Positions 35,172 to 47,315 of a DNA stretch of 64,000 bases are shown here, piece after piece. The stretch is from NCBI RefSeq assembly GCF_009914755.1, contig NC_060934.1, one strand, 5' to 3'. The position numbers and the translations under genes were made by a program. Source of the DNA: the human T2T-CHM13v2.0 reference genome, Homo sapiens. Positions within the stretch are counted from its first letter, which is position 1; each line of letters begins with the position of its first letter. Under the pieces are notes generated by a model. The model was not told the origin of the DNA, made no database searches, and saw only the letters and a program-made list of their open reading frames with translations.

Positions 35172-35535
35172 CTTTTTTTTTTATTTAAGTTCTAGGGTAC
35201 ATGTGCACAACGTGCATGTCCATCACATATGCACACATGTGCCATGTTGGTGTGCCGCACCCACCAACCCACCATCCACGTCAGGCATATCTCCCAATGC
35301 CATCCCTCCCCCGTCCCCCCACCCCACAACAGGCCCTGGTATGTGATGCTTCCCTTCCCGTGTCCAAGTGTTCTCATTGTTCAGTTCCCACCTATGAGTG
35401 AGAACATGCGGTGTTTGGTTTTTTGTCCTTGTGATGGTTTGCTGAGAATGATGGTTTCCACCTTCATCCATGTCCCTACAAAGGACGTGAATTCATCATT
35501 TTTTATGGCTACATAGTATTCCATGGTGGTATATG
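35172..35535 (-). mobile_element. L1PA (primate L1) 3'-end fragment, 5'-truncated, with target-site duplication
   Basis: T-run then aagttctagggtacatgtgcacaacgtgca...cccacctatgagtgagaacatgcggtgtttgg; flanked by aaggcactt direct repeats. Confidence 0.93.
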
Positions 35536-36029
35536 AAGGCACTTCTTTTGTCAAGAGGACCTAACATCAGATCATTAACTCTGGGAGGCTCTGTCATATT
35601 CATTGTTATCATCAGCACTGGAGCTGTTGTGTCTTGAGGGCACAGTAAATCTTGTTTGAGTGTTTGGACTTTTACCTGGTTTAGCATCTACAGAAATCTT
35701 GATTTTTATCTGTGGGTTTTGTTTGAAATAGCCCTGTGTGGAGGTAGAACTACAATTATATTAATAAATGCTTACTGTGCCCCAGGCACTGGGCTAAGCA
35801 CTTACAATCATTAGCACATTTAATTCTCAGGACAGTCTTGGGGGTAGGAATTCCTGGAAATGAGCTCCTTGTCCAAAGCTATAGAGTTACCAAGCGGTGG
35901 GTGGAGTTGGGCTTCATGCCCCAAGCCTGAGTTCTAAACCACCTCACTGTGTGTGGAGTTAGCAGTGTAGGGACTGTCCCTCCAATACAATCTGATGGAG
36001 GGACCATCCAGTGATGTTGTCTTCTTCAG

Positions 36030-36500
36030 GGTACAGGCTAGGCCGCTGTCATAAAGTAACCCAGATAAGATGCCTTCCTCAGGACGAAGCTCATCTCTTA
36101 CATGCAAGTCCACGAGGACATCCAGGCTGGGATGGCTGCTCCGTGATCATCCAGGCCCCTTCTCCCTCATTGCTCCAACATCATCAACATGTGGCTTCCG
36201 TCTTATGATCTAAGATGTTCTACCTCTGCCATCACTTCTGGATTTTAGCCAGGCAGAAGGGGAGAAGACAAAATAGAAGGCACCTCTTCTCTTTGGGAAT
36301 GGCCTGGAATTTGCACGCACATCACTTTTCCTCACATCATTGGCCAGAACTTAAATCATGTGACCACAATGAGTTGCAAGGGAGGCTGGGAAATGTAGTC
36401 TTCAGCTGGGTGGCTCAGTCCTCAGTCACAGCCCTGGGGCTCTCGTGTTGAGGAAGAAGGGAAGAGTGGATATTGAGGGACAATGGGCAGTCTCTGCCAC
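36030..36500. mobile_element. Old MLT1 LTR remnant
   Basis: cattggccagaacttaaatcatgtgacc...gcaagggaggctgggaaatgtagtc. Confidence 0.7.
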
Positions 36501-36607
36501 AAATCGTAGCCACAGGGGTTTTCCTGCGGTGGGCTCTGTGAGGGTGGAGCTGGCCTTGACCAAGGAGGTTGCTTGACTCAGTTTCCATTCTGCCCCCCCC
36601 CCCCCAG

Positions 36608-36710
36608 GTACAACTGCAAGGAGGAGTTCCAGATCCATGATGAGCTGCTCAAGGCTCATTACACGTTGGGCCGGCTCTCGGACAACACCCCTGAGCACTA
36701 CCTGGTGCAA
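36608..36710 (+). CDS. PALD1: PALD1 exon 3 (YNCKEEFQIH...EHYLVQ)
   Basis: C13-ag acceptor, caa|gtgagc donor, 103 nt, phase matches exon 2. Confidence 0.95.
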
Positions 36711-37267
36711 GTGAGCTCAGGCCTTACCCTGCCAGCCCGCCTGCTGCCTCCCACCCCTATCTCTCATGAATTCCCTCCCTCACCTCCCTCTGGCCCTCCC
36801 CAACTTTCCCCGTCTCTCTGCCCATTTTCAGAACGGGCAGGGCCCTAGGATGGAGCTAGCACCGTGGTCCTCTGGTTGATTCCTGGTGCCCCAGCTCTGC
36901 CTTCCTACAAAAGCCCCTTCCAGGGGAGCTCCTACCCTAGAGCCAGCTTTGCCTCTGGAGAGCCTCTCCCTGCTCTTTCCTCCAGGCCTGGCTCAGACGT
37001 CACCTCCCACATGAAGCCCTCTCTGATGTCCCCTCTGGAGGAGTTGTCTTTCCTTTTCCTACACTTTATGATACCCTTCCCCAGATCACAGAGAGTTATA
37101 TATTTTGTCTGTTTTTTCCATGAACTGCAGGCAACTTGAGGGCAGGATCATGTTCTTTTTGTCCCTATTTCCCCCCTCCCTGTCCCCTGGAGCCCAGGAC
37201 AGAGCTCCATCTGCAGAAAATACCCCTGAGCCATCTGAGTGACCTTCCTGTGGCTCTCCCCTGCCAG

Positions 37268-37447
37268 GGCCGCTACTTCCTGGTGCGGGATGTCACTGAG
37301 AAGATGGATGTGCTGGGCACCGTGGGAAGCTGTGGGGCCCCCAACTTCCGGCAGGTGCAGGGTGGGCTCACTGTGTTCGGCATGGGACAGCCCAGCCTCT
37401 CAGGGTTCAGGCGGGTCCTCCAGAAACTCCAGAAGGACGGACATAGG
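37268..37447 (+). CDS. PALD1: PALD1 exon 4 (GRYFLVRD...CGAPNFR...KDGHR)
   Basis: ccag|ggc acceptor, agg|gtaagt donor, 180 nt. Confidence 0.96.
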
Positions 37448-38668
37448 GTAAGTATGCCACTTCCCAGGCAGAAGCCAGGTCCCCAAAGCCAGGGAGAGGG
37501 GCACCTTGGAGGGGCAGCTTTAGAGGCGCTGGAGGGGCCTGCTGCATGCTGGAGAGGTGGGGTAGTGGCCTGGACCAGGCCCTGCCTGCCAGGATGGTCA
37601 CTGCTGTTGGTCTGGTTGGGAAATTCTGGTGAATGTTGATTGCATGTCCTGAGTGGATGGCGGGGCACAAGGTCAGAAGCCTTCATAGACCCTACTTGGG
37701 AGCCTCAGAGGAAGCAGGGGGCGTGACCGGGTGACAGGAGGAGCCAGCTCATAATTTGACAGCTTGCTGAATGGTGATCACAGCTAACACTTAAGTCCTG
37801 ATGTTAGCCCTGTGATGGAGTGGCAGTTTGTCTCCCATTTTGCAGAGGAGGAAACAGGCCCAGAGAAGCTAAGTGACTTGCTCAAGGTCACACAGCTCAT
37901 GAGTGGTACCCCAAGACCCAAACCCAGGCAGCTGAATTCCCAAGTGCCTGCTTTCAAGGACTGTTCTTACCTGTCGGATGTTGAGGCAGGGTTTTGCGTG
38001 TCCCTAGGACACAGGCTGAGGGTCTGCTGCGATTGTAGGCTTCTTGAGTGCAGCTGCATCTGAATTGACCCCGGAGTTAAGGTGGAAAGGCTTTGAGTGA
38101 GACAGAATGGGGTGGGGGTGTGGGCTGTGTGCAGGTCCCATCTTCCCATCTTGATGATAAGTTCCTCAAGGGGACCATCTGCCCACACATTTCCCTCTGC
38201 CTGTATGGTGCTCAGTGAATGAATGATTGTGTGGTCATGGGGCATTCATTTCTTCAGCTGATGTTCATCAAACACCTGATTTATCCAGGACACCATGCTA
38301 GGACACCATGCTAGGAATTATGGGTACATGAAAATGACCAGGACATGATTTTGCCTACGAGGAACCTGTGGTCCATTAAGGGGGAAAAGATGCATTCATT
38401 GATAGTACAAAGCAGGAATTAACGCCAAGAGATTCATATGAAGGACTCTTGACCCTGACAGGAGGCAGGGGTCACTGCTGACTGGGAGGGTCACAGGGAG
38501 GTAGCATTTGGACTGAGCTTTGTTTCTTGGGTAGGATTCAGGTTGCAGGGATGGTGTGGGGTGCAGGAGGAAGGAACAGCTTGGGCAGAGGCCCTGAGGT
38601 AGGGCAGTGGTGCAGGTGTCTGTGCGGGATCATGATGATGGCTTCCTTCCCCCTCGGGCTCCTGGCAG

Positions 38669-38833
38669 GAGTGTGTCATCTTCTGTGTGCGGGAGGAACC
38701 TGTGCTTTTCCTGCGTGCAGATGAGGACTTTGTGTCCTACACACCTCGAGACAAGCAGAACCTTCATGAGAACCTCCAGGGCCTTGGACCCGGGGTCCGG
38801 GTGGAGAGCCTGGAGCTGGCCATCCGGAAAGAG
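38669..38833 (+). CDS. PALD1: PALD1 exon 5 (ECVIFCVREEP...AIRKE)
   Basis: gcag|gag acceptor, gag|gtgagg donor, 165 nt. Confidence 0.96.
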
Positions 38834-39093
38834 GTGAGGACCAGTGCGGTGTGCGGGAGACCCCAGCCCACAGCCCAGCTTTGCAGATGCTCTTTTTGGG
38901 GCCAGCTCACCTGCTCTTACTGGCCCATGTTCCCCCACTGTTGTGCCCTGCTTGGGTGAGTGGCTGGCTGCAAGGCTGACTCACGGGCAGCCAGAGGAAG
39001 GACTTCCTATTCTAGCTCTCTTTGCCTCTGCCCCTTTCCCACCCTGCTTGTCTCCTTGATGCTCAATGTCCTTATTTAGGAAGGGGTCTGGTG

Positions 39094-39388
<295 letters not shown>

Positions 39389-39998
39389 GGGTTCTAGGTG
39401 AGTGAAAAGAGTGCTAGACCAGAAGGACCAAGGCTGCAGTTCAATGCTTTGAGAGCCACGAGCCTCTGAGTCAGTTCCCTCAGTGGGTCTGTGGGCCTGT
39501 TTCAGGATCCTCTGTCCTCCTCCTCCTCCATAACACAGAGGCTTGTGGAGGCCTCTGAGGCAGCTGACATACCATGAAGGTGTGTGAATAGAGTGTGGGG
39601 TCCCAGTGTCCCCAGAAACTTCCAGGTCAGGAACCGAGGCCATGCCGGCGCCCAGCTCTTTGCCTCTCCCATCCCCTCCAGGCCTCCTGTGTGCTCTGCT
39701 CCCCTCGGCTCCAGCTCCCAGCTGACCACACCTCCCCCGTCCTGGCACTGGTGGCTTTGTGAATTCCTGCACCCACTGGGCAGAGCCCTCCTGCCTTGCC
39801 CCTGTGTAGGCACCCCGATTCCTTCAGAACTCCCAGGAATGGCATAGAGAGCACTTCTGGCTGTGTAGTTCCCTCATGGCGGGCAGAAGCCTGCCTGTGG
39901 CCTCTGCATGGTCTGGTCACTCCAGAGCTCAGCCAGGACACTCAGGGAGGGTCTTGAAGTTCAGGCCATGGCCCTCTGACCCCCACACCTCCCTCTAG

Positions 39999-40159
39999 AT
40001 CCACGACTTTGCCCAGCTGAGCGAGAACACATACCATGTGTACCATAACACCGAGGACCTGTGGGGGGAGCCCCATGCTGTGGCCATCCATGGTGAGGAC
40101 GACTTGCATGTGACGGAGGAGGTGTACAAGCGGCCCCTCTTCCTGCAGCCCACCTACAG
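39999..40159 (+). CDS. PALD1: PALD1 exon 6 (IHDFAQLSEN...LQPTY)
   Basis: ctag|atc acceptor, ag|gtacca weak donor, 161 nt. Confidence 0.94.
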
Positions 40160-40372
40160 GTACCACAGGGCCACCCCCAGCCCTGGCCATGGGTGCTCCA
40201 GGTCCTGCTCTCCAGCTGCAGCCTCAGTTTCACCATCTGCAGGTTGGGCGGAGTCCCCCACACCCATGTCTCCCACAGTGGGGCCCATTTCCAAACAGTG
40301 CCCGGGAATAGGGGGTGAGGGGGATTCCCAGAGTGGGTGCCTGCCTGATGGCTGCTCTCCCTCACCTGGCAG

Positions 40373-40448
40373 GTACCACCGCCTGCCCCTGCCCGAGCAA
40401 GGGAGTCCCCTGGAGGCCCAGTTGGACGCCTTTGTCAGTGTTCTCCGG
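40373..40448 (+). CDS. PALD1: PALD1 exon 7 (YHRLPLPEQ...VSVLR)
   Basis: gcag|gtac acceptor, cgg|gtaact donor, 76 nt. Confidence 0.94.
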
Positions 40449-40554
40449 GTAACTGGGGCACGGGCGCGCATGGGGGAGGAGTCTTGAGAGTCGTCCCCAT
40501 GGAGGTGCTCAGGGTGGGCACAGCCTCTCGCCTTCCTCAGAGGAAGGCTTCATT

Positions 40555-40802
40555 CTGTGTTGTGTATGTGAGCATGTTAGGGTGGACGTGTGTTGGTGTC
40601 TGTCTCTGTATATGTCTGTGTGTGTCAGCGCCTTTGTGTGTGTCTGTGGGGAGTGTGTGTACATGTTTATGTGTCTCTCTGTGTGTCTGTGTGTTCCTGT
40701 CTGTGTGTCTCTGTGTGGGGATACATGTGTTTCTGTGTGTGTATGTGTCTGTGTGTGTATGTGTTTGTGTGTGTGTACCTGTATGTAGGTGTGTGTTTGT
40801 GC
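40555..40802 (+). repeat. Degenerate (TG)n-rich tract, intron 7
   Basis: Interrupted tgtg repeats. Confidence 0.9.
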
Positions 40803-41299
40803 ATTCTCTTATGGCAGAGTCCATCACTGACCGCTGGCCCAGCTGCTGGCCGTGGCTGGGCTGCCAACTTGCTGTGTGGTCCCGGACTAATCACCTCACC
40901 TCTCTAGACCTCAGTTCCTCCTTTCTTTAGTGGAGCTAACGACTCTTGCCCTATAGACTGTTCAGCTGACATTTCCTGAGTCCTGGCGGAGTTTCTCTCC
41001 AGCCCCCTTCAGGGCATTATCTTATTTCACTGGCATCTTGCAGAAGGTGTTAATACTGGCCTGGTGCCCTCTGAGTCGCTCTCACTTCCAGTTCTTTGAG
41101 CTCCTCCAAGGCCTGGGGAGGGAGCAGGTGGAGCTGATCAGGCTGTGGCTTTGGCAGAAGAGGCCAAGACACCTATTGGAGCCCACTTTGCTGCAGACTG
41201 TGGGGCAGGGTGGGCTGATGTCATGCTTTTCTCCCTGCTCAGGCCTCAGCCCAGGGTTTCCTGGTCTCACTGGGGCCTGATCCTCATGGTCTTTCCCAG

Positions 41300-41451
41300 G
41301 AGACCCCCAGCCTGCTGCAGCTCCGTGATGCCCATGGGCCTCCCCCAGCCCTCGTCTTCAGCTGCCAGATGGGCGTGGGCAGGACCAACCTGGGCATGGT
41401 CCTGGGCACCCTCATCCTGCTTCACCGCAGTGGGACCACCTCCCAGCCAGA
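41300..41451 (+). CDS. PALD1: PALD1 exon 8 with P-loop FSCQMGVGRT (C312; motif 41363-41383)
   Basis: ccag|gag acceptor, ga|gtgagt donor, CX5R motif. Confidence 0.96.
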
Positions 41452-41802
41452 GTGAGTGGCCCGGGGCCCAGCGTCCTGAAGGGCTGTGGGGCCGAGGAGG
41501 GGACAGGCTGCCCCACAGTGTGGGGACATGTCTAGGAGCCCAGAGCCAGAGCTGGAAATTTGGCATCTGGGGTTCATTTCCTGGTTTGCCACGAGACTTG
41601 CTGGGAGACCTGGAGAAAGTCACCTGACCTTTCTGGGCCTCAGTTTCCCTAGTTGGGGAAATGTCCCCTGCTTCCCACAATGTGATTCAGAAGGAACCTG
41701 TAGTCTGGTGTCCCCCAGCGGCCATATGAGTGGAGACAGCAGGCGGGTGGCCGTGTGAGACCTTTGGAAGAGCCTGCTAATGTACTGACCCTGCCTCGAC
41801 AG

Positions 41803-41902
41803 GGCTGCCCCCACGCAGGCCAAGCCCCTGCCTATGGAGCAGTTCCAGGTGATCCAGAGCTTTCTCCGCATGGTGCCCCAGGGAAGGAGGATGGTGGAAG
41901 AG
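41803..41902 (+). CDS. PALD1: PALD1 exon 9 (AAPTQAKPLPMEQFQ...MVEE)
   Basis: acag|g acceptor, gag|gtgagt donor, 100 nt. Confidence 0.95.
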
Positions 41903-42116
41903 GTGAGTGAGGGACAGCAAAGGGCTGGGGCAGGGGTGGTGGAGGGGACGGTCACTCCTCTCACTGGTCGGGGCTCTCTTCCTTCCCGATACCCTCCCCT
42001 ACCTCTCTGCCAATCTTTTTCTTTCCCTCTCTTTTCTCTTTTCTCCTGCCGTTCTGCCTTGACCCTGCTCCCCACCCCCCCACCTCCCTCTTACTTGCCT
42101 TGGTCTCTGGCACCAG

Positions 42117-42221
42117 GTGGACAGAGCCATCACTGCCTGTGCCGAGTTGCATGACCTGAAAGAAGTGGTCTTGGAAAACCAGAAGAAGTTAGAAGGTATC
42201 CGACCGGAGAGCCCAGCCCAG
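42117..42221 (+). CDS. PALD1: PALD1 exon 10 (VDRAITAC...ESPAQ)
   Basis: ccag|gtg acceptor, cag|gtgagg donor, 105 nt. Confidence 0.95.
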
Positions 42222-42719
42222 GTGAGGCATGGAAGGACGTGTGAGCACTCTGCTTCTCTGTGAGCCCTGCAGCCTGATTTCATTAGGCATGTTGACTGGT
42301 TTCTTTCAGACTGACTTTTTCTGGCTGCTGCGTCTCCCATGAGAAGAGCAGTTTTCAGAGGAAGGGGAGATAGGGGCTCTGGGCCCACAGGAAGGACAAG
42401 GAAGAGGGGAAGTTTACTTTTCCTGACCAGGTCCCTTCAGCTGCAGAATAAACAGGACAGAGGAAGGGGCTGCTGGCCAGGGCTGCAGGGGCCCCTGGAC
42501 TCAGATACTCCCCAGGCCACTCATGGCCTCCCACTAGTAAAACTCCTGGTGTTTCTTTGGGAAGACTGGGGTTTGGTCCAGCTGGCTGCTTCTGAAAGAC
42601 TTATGGGCTCTAGGCTGTCTCAGCAGACCCTGTCCCCATGCCTTAGCGAAAGGAGGTGGGCTTGATAGTGTTTATATCATACAGCGCATGGAAAGAATCT
42701 AAAGCCACAGAGGCAGCTG

Positions 42720-43097
42720 CTTCTTTTTTCTTGTTTCTTCTTCTCTTCCTCCTCCTCCTTCTCCTCCCCCCTCTTTTTCCTCACCCTCTTCCTCCTTCCC
42801 CCTTCCTCCTCCCCCCGCTTCCTCCTTCCCCCTCTTCCTCTTCCCCACTTTTCCTCCTCTCCCCTTCCTTCTCCCTCTCTTCCTCTTTCTCCGCCTCTTC
42901 CTCCTTCCTCCTCTTCTTTCCTCCTCCTCCTTCCTCCTCCTTCTCTTCCTTCCTCCTCCTTCTTCCTCCTTCCTTCTCCTTCCTCTTCCTCCTTCTCCTC
43001 CTTCTTCTCGTCTTCCTCCTCCCTCCTCCCTTCCTTCTCCTCCTCCTTCTCCTTTCTTCTCCTTTTTCTTCTTCTCTTCCTCCTCCTGCTTCTCCTT
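42720..43097 (+). repeat. Polypyrimidine (CCT/CTT)n low-complexity tract
   Basis: Almost pure C/T over ~380 bp, abutting an antisense Alu tail. Confidence 0.95.
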
Positions 43098-43099
43098 CA

Positions 43100-43335
43100 A
43101 TAGGGTCTTGCTCTGTTGCCCAGGCTGGAGCGCAGTGGTGCAGTCATAGCTCACTGCAACCTCGAACTCCTAGACTCAAGGGATTCGTCCACCTCAACCT
43201 CCTGAGTATCTGGGACTACAGGTGCATGTCACCACACCTTACTTTTTTAGAGATGGGGTGTTGCTATGTTGCCCAGGCTGGTCTTCAACTCCTGGCCTCA
43301 AGCAGTCCTCCTGCCTTGGCCTCCCAAAACACTGG
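43100..43335 (-). mobile_element. AluJ
   Basis: Antisense Alu whose tail position is occupied by the CT tract. Confidence 0.88.
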
Positions 43336-43366
43336 GTCTTTTTCTTTCTAAAAATATTTTTAAAAG

Positions 43367-43902
<536 letters not shown>

Positions 43903-43907
43903 CTAGA

Positions 43908-44130
43908 TTGGGCATCAGCAAACTACGGCTTAGACCAAATCCAGCCTGCCGCCTGTCTTTGTAAATGTGTTACTGGAACACAGTCTTGCTGTTCTCTACT
44001 CTGCTGGCCCACGACTGCTCTTATGCTGGGATGGCAGAGTTCAGTAGCTGCAGCAGGGACCCTGAAGCCTGAAAGTCTAGAGTATTTACCGTCTGGCCCT
44101 TTATGGAAAAAGTTTGCCGACACCTGGTGG
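43908..44130. mobile_element. MER58A-like hAT element
   Basis: cagcaaactacggc...ctggccctttatggaaaaagtttgccgac. Confidence 0.85.
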
Positions 44131-44417
44131 AGATTCCCAAAGATGGGATTAAATTTCACCAAAGGGCGTGGCCCTTCTTTAGGGCCTCTGTGAATCTCAC
44201 TTGAATCTCACTTGCCCTCCAAAAGGTACTGACCCAGCAGGAGAACCTGGAGATCCGAGGGCCCTTGGGGTTCTCTCGGACAACCCCCCATGCAGAGGAA
44301 GCTGGGCTGGGGTCAGGAGACTTGGGGAATCTGGCTCTGTTTGCTGTCAGCTGTGTGACTTTAAGGAAGTTACCTCATTTCTCTGAATCTCCGTTTCCCT
44401 CTGTAAATTAGGAGTAA

Positions 44418-44782
<365 letters not shown>

Positions 44783-45188
44783 GGTTCCAGTTCTTAAGGG
44801 AGGGCCTCTGGCTCGGGGGTGTTCACACACTTGGCTTCCTCAACACAGAGGGTGCACAACCCTGACCTGTTGGGTGTCGCTGGAGCTAAGTGAGGGAGCC
44901 CCTGCCTGTCTTGGCGCTGGGAGCCTGCTTGGGGAGACCAGCCCTGCACCTAGAACCACAGTGCCTGGTGTGGTCACCCACATATCTCCCCTGACCGCAG
45001 ATAACCACAGCATCTGGGATAGGGTGAGACACTTAGAAGAACTTACAGCCTGGCAGAACTGTGTCATGAAGGGAGGGAAAGACTGTCTTCTGGGGAGTTC
45101 CAAGGCTTAACTCCTGCCCTTGCAGGGATGGGGACAGGGACAAGACTGCCTGAGGAGTCTGTCCTTAACACCCTGTCCTCTCTCTCAG

Positions 45189-45284
45189 GGAAGCGGCAGC
45201 CGACACAGCGTCTGGCAGAGGGCGCTGTGGAGCCTGGAGCGATACTTCTACCTGATCCTGTTTAACTACTACCTTCATGAGCAG
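45189..45284 (+). CDS. PALD1: PALD1 exon 11 (GSGSRHS...LERYFYLILFNYYLHEQ)
   Basis: tcag|gga acceptor, cag|gtgggg donor, 96 nt. Confidence 0.95.
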
Positions 45285-45657
45285 GTGGGGCCTGGGAGGA
45301 GCAGACCCACGTCCCCTCCTCCTGGGCCTCTCCCAGCCTCCCCACCGCAGTGACTGGCTTGCTGTGGAGGGAGACCCCCCAAGGAACCGGGGAGGGAAGG
45401 GAGGCCAGGAGAGACCCAGATTCGGGAGTAGTCCCTGAGCAGCTGGGCATAGGGAGGCCCCACCTCTTTCCACCGGGCCCTTGTCTCTGTCCTTAACCAG
45501 GACACCAGACGTCCAGGTCTTCTCTCAGCCACTCCCTTGTCCCTGCTCTGGGCCATGTTGGATATCTTTTGGGGCTTCCCCTGCCATGGTGTGGGCAGGG
45601 AGGGTTCAGGATGGCCCTGTGCCCCTGAATTCCTCGTCTCTCTGCCTCGGGCTGCAG

Positions 45658-45786
45658 TACCCGCTGGCCTTTGCCCTCAGTTTCAGCCGCTGGCTGTGTG
45701 CCCACCCTGAGCTGTACCGCCTGCCCGTGACGCTGAGCTCAGCAGGCCCTGTGGCTCCGAGGGACCTCATCGCCAGGGGCTCCCTA
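45658..45786 (+). CDS. PALD1: PALD1 exon 12 (YPLAFALSF...ARGSL)
   Basis: gcag|tac acceptor, cta|gtgagt donor, 129 nt. Confidence 0.95.
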
Positions 45787-46269
45787 GTGAGTATGACTGG
45801 CAGTCGGAGAAGTGGGCATGGCTGTGTACTGGCCCTGGCCCCTAAACACTGGATTCCTGTAGGGTTGGGGTAAGCATTGCCCTTGCAGGAGGTGAAGAAG
45901 AGAGGCTGTGGGTGTTGGGATCCTCTTGTGAACAGAATGGGGTCATGCTTAGGCCCCAGCAAGCATTTGCAGCTTTGGCAGCTGTTCTGGTACCTTCTCC
46001 TCAGTCTCAAACCCAAGAGCTCTGGGCAGGGTTCTATGATCTTTGCCTCCAGCTTCTTCTCTTTGAGCCTCAGCTTCCTGGTCCAGAGAGTGGGCACCAT
46101 TGCACTTCTTCTTGCCAGGGCCGGGGGAAGCTCCAAGTGTGCAGGAGTGCTTTGTAAACTGTGAAGCTCGGGTTCCACCCCACCCCCCGTCTGCCTTGGG
46201 CCAGGTCCTGACCCTTTCTGCGGCTACAGTCGGCTGCTGTGGGTCCCAGGCTCGGTGCTCTCCCCACAG

Positions 46270-46386
46270 CGGGAGGACGATCTGGTCTCCCCGGACGCGC
46301 TCAGCACTGTCAGAGAGATGGATGTGGCCAACTTCCGGCGGGTGCCCCGCATGCCCATCTACGGCACGGCCCAGCCCAGCGCCAAG
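46270..46386 (+). CDS. PALD1: PALD1 exon 13 (REDDLVSP...NFRRVPR...QPSAK)
   Basis: acag|cgg acceptor, aag|gtgacc donor, 117 nt. Confidence 0.95.
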
Positions 46387-46469
46387 GTGACCGGCCCTCA
46401 GGGCCTGGGTCCCCCAGTGGGTTTGGGGAGGGAGGGCTGAGCACTCACTGCCGGCCCTCCTGTGCCCAG

Positions 46470-46625
46470 GCCCTGGGGAGCATCCTGGCCTACCTGACGG
46501 ACGCCAAGAGGAGGCTGCGGAAGGTTGTCTGGGTGAGCCTTCGGGAGGAGGCCGTGTTGGAGTGTGACGGGCACACCTACAGCCTGCGGTGGCCTGGGCC
46601 CCCTGTGGCTCCTGACCAGCTGGAG
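46470..46625 (+). CDS. PALD1: PALD1 exon 14 (ALGSILAY...LREEAVL...DQLE)
   Basis: ccag|gcc acceptor after an 83-nt intron, gag|gtgagg donor, 156 nt. Confidence 0.95.
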
Positions 46626-46957
46626 GTGAGGCCCCCTGCCCTCTAGGCACCCCTGCCTCCGAGGCTTCTGGGGAGTGGCCTGGGAGGGTCTTCAGAAGGC
46701 CTCACACTCCCGCAGACAGATGGAGAATCTGAGGCCCCGGGAGGAGCAGTGTCAGGGAGTGGCCAACTCAGGATTCCCACTAAAGTGCTCTGCTAACCTG
46801 CTTGGCTTTGGGGGGTGGCTGTGACCCCTGAGGCTTGGGGGGGTCAGGGATGGGACTGGAAGCCAGGGCCAGGCCTGGCCATGGCAGGCTGTGGCCTTTC
46901 AGGGCTAGCCTAGAGCCTGCCCCAGTGGCCTGTGTCCTCCCTCCTGCCCTTGCCCAG

Positions 46958-47140
46958 ACCCTGGAGGCCCAGCTGAAGGCCCATCTAAGCGAGCCTCCCC
47001 CAGGCAAGGAGGGCCCCCTGACCTACAGGTTCCAGACCTGCCTTACCATGCAGGAGGTCTTCAGCCAGCACCGCAGGGCCTGTCCTGGCCTCACCTACCA
47101 CCGCATCCCCATGCCGGACTTCTGTGCCCCCCGAGAGGAG
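46958..47140 (+). CDS. PALD1: PALD1 exon 15 (TLEAQLK...YHRIPMPDFCAPREE)
   Basis: ccag|acc acceptor, gag|gtgagg donor, 183 nt. Confidence 0.95.
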
Positions 47141-47315
47141 GTGAGGGTGCTGCTCAGGCTGAGGCCTCTGGGGAGGGACAGGAGGCCTCCCTGTCTCCCC
47201 TCTGGTCTGGGCTCTGGGAGAATGAAACGACCCCAGCTTCTCTACGGGGCCCGGGAATGGTCTCACGAGGTTTTCCGATTTGGCCCAAGTGGTTTATTCA
47301 CATTCCTTCCAAGCT

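Noticed and set aside
41903-42116. Introns 9 (214 nt) and 16 (220 nt) also read through without a stop
   Set aside because: Lengths are not multiples of 3, so retention frameshifts to a stop in the next exon.
42656-43351. 231-aa and 151-aa ORFs
   Set aside because: Translations of the CT tract and adjacent Alu.
45606-46650. 190-aa and 233-aa minus-strand ORFs over exons 12-14
   Set aside because: Antisense shadows of GC-rich coding exons; no independent evidence.
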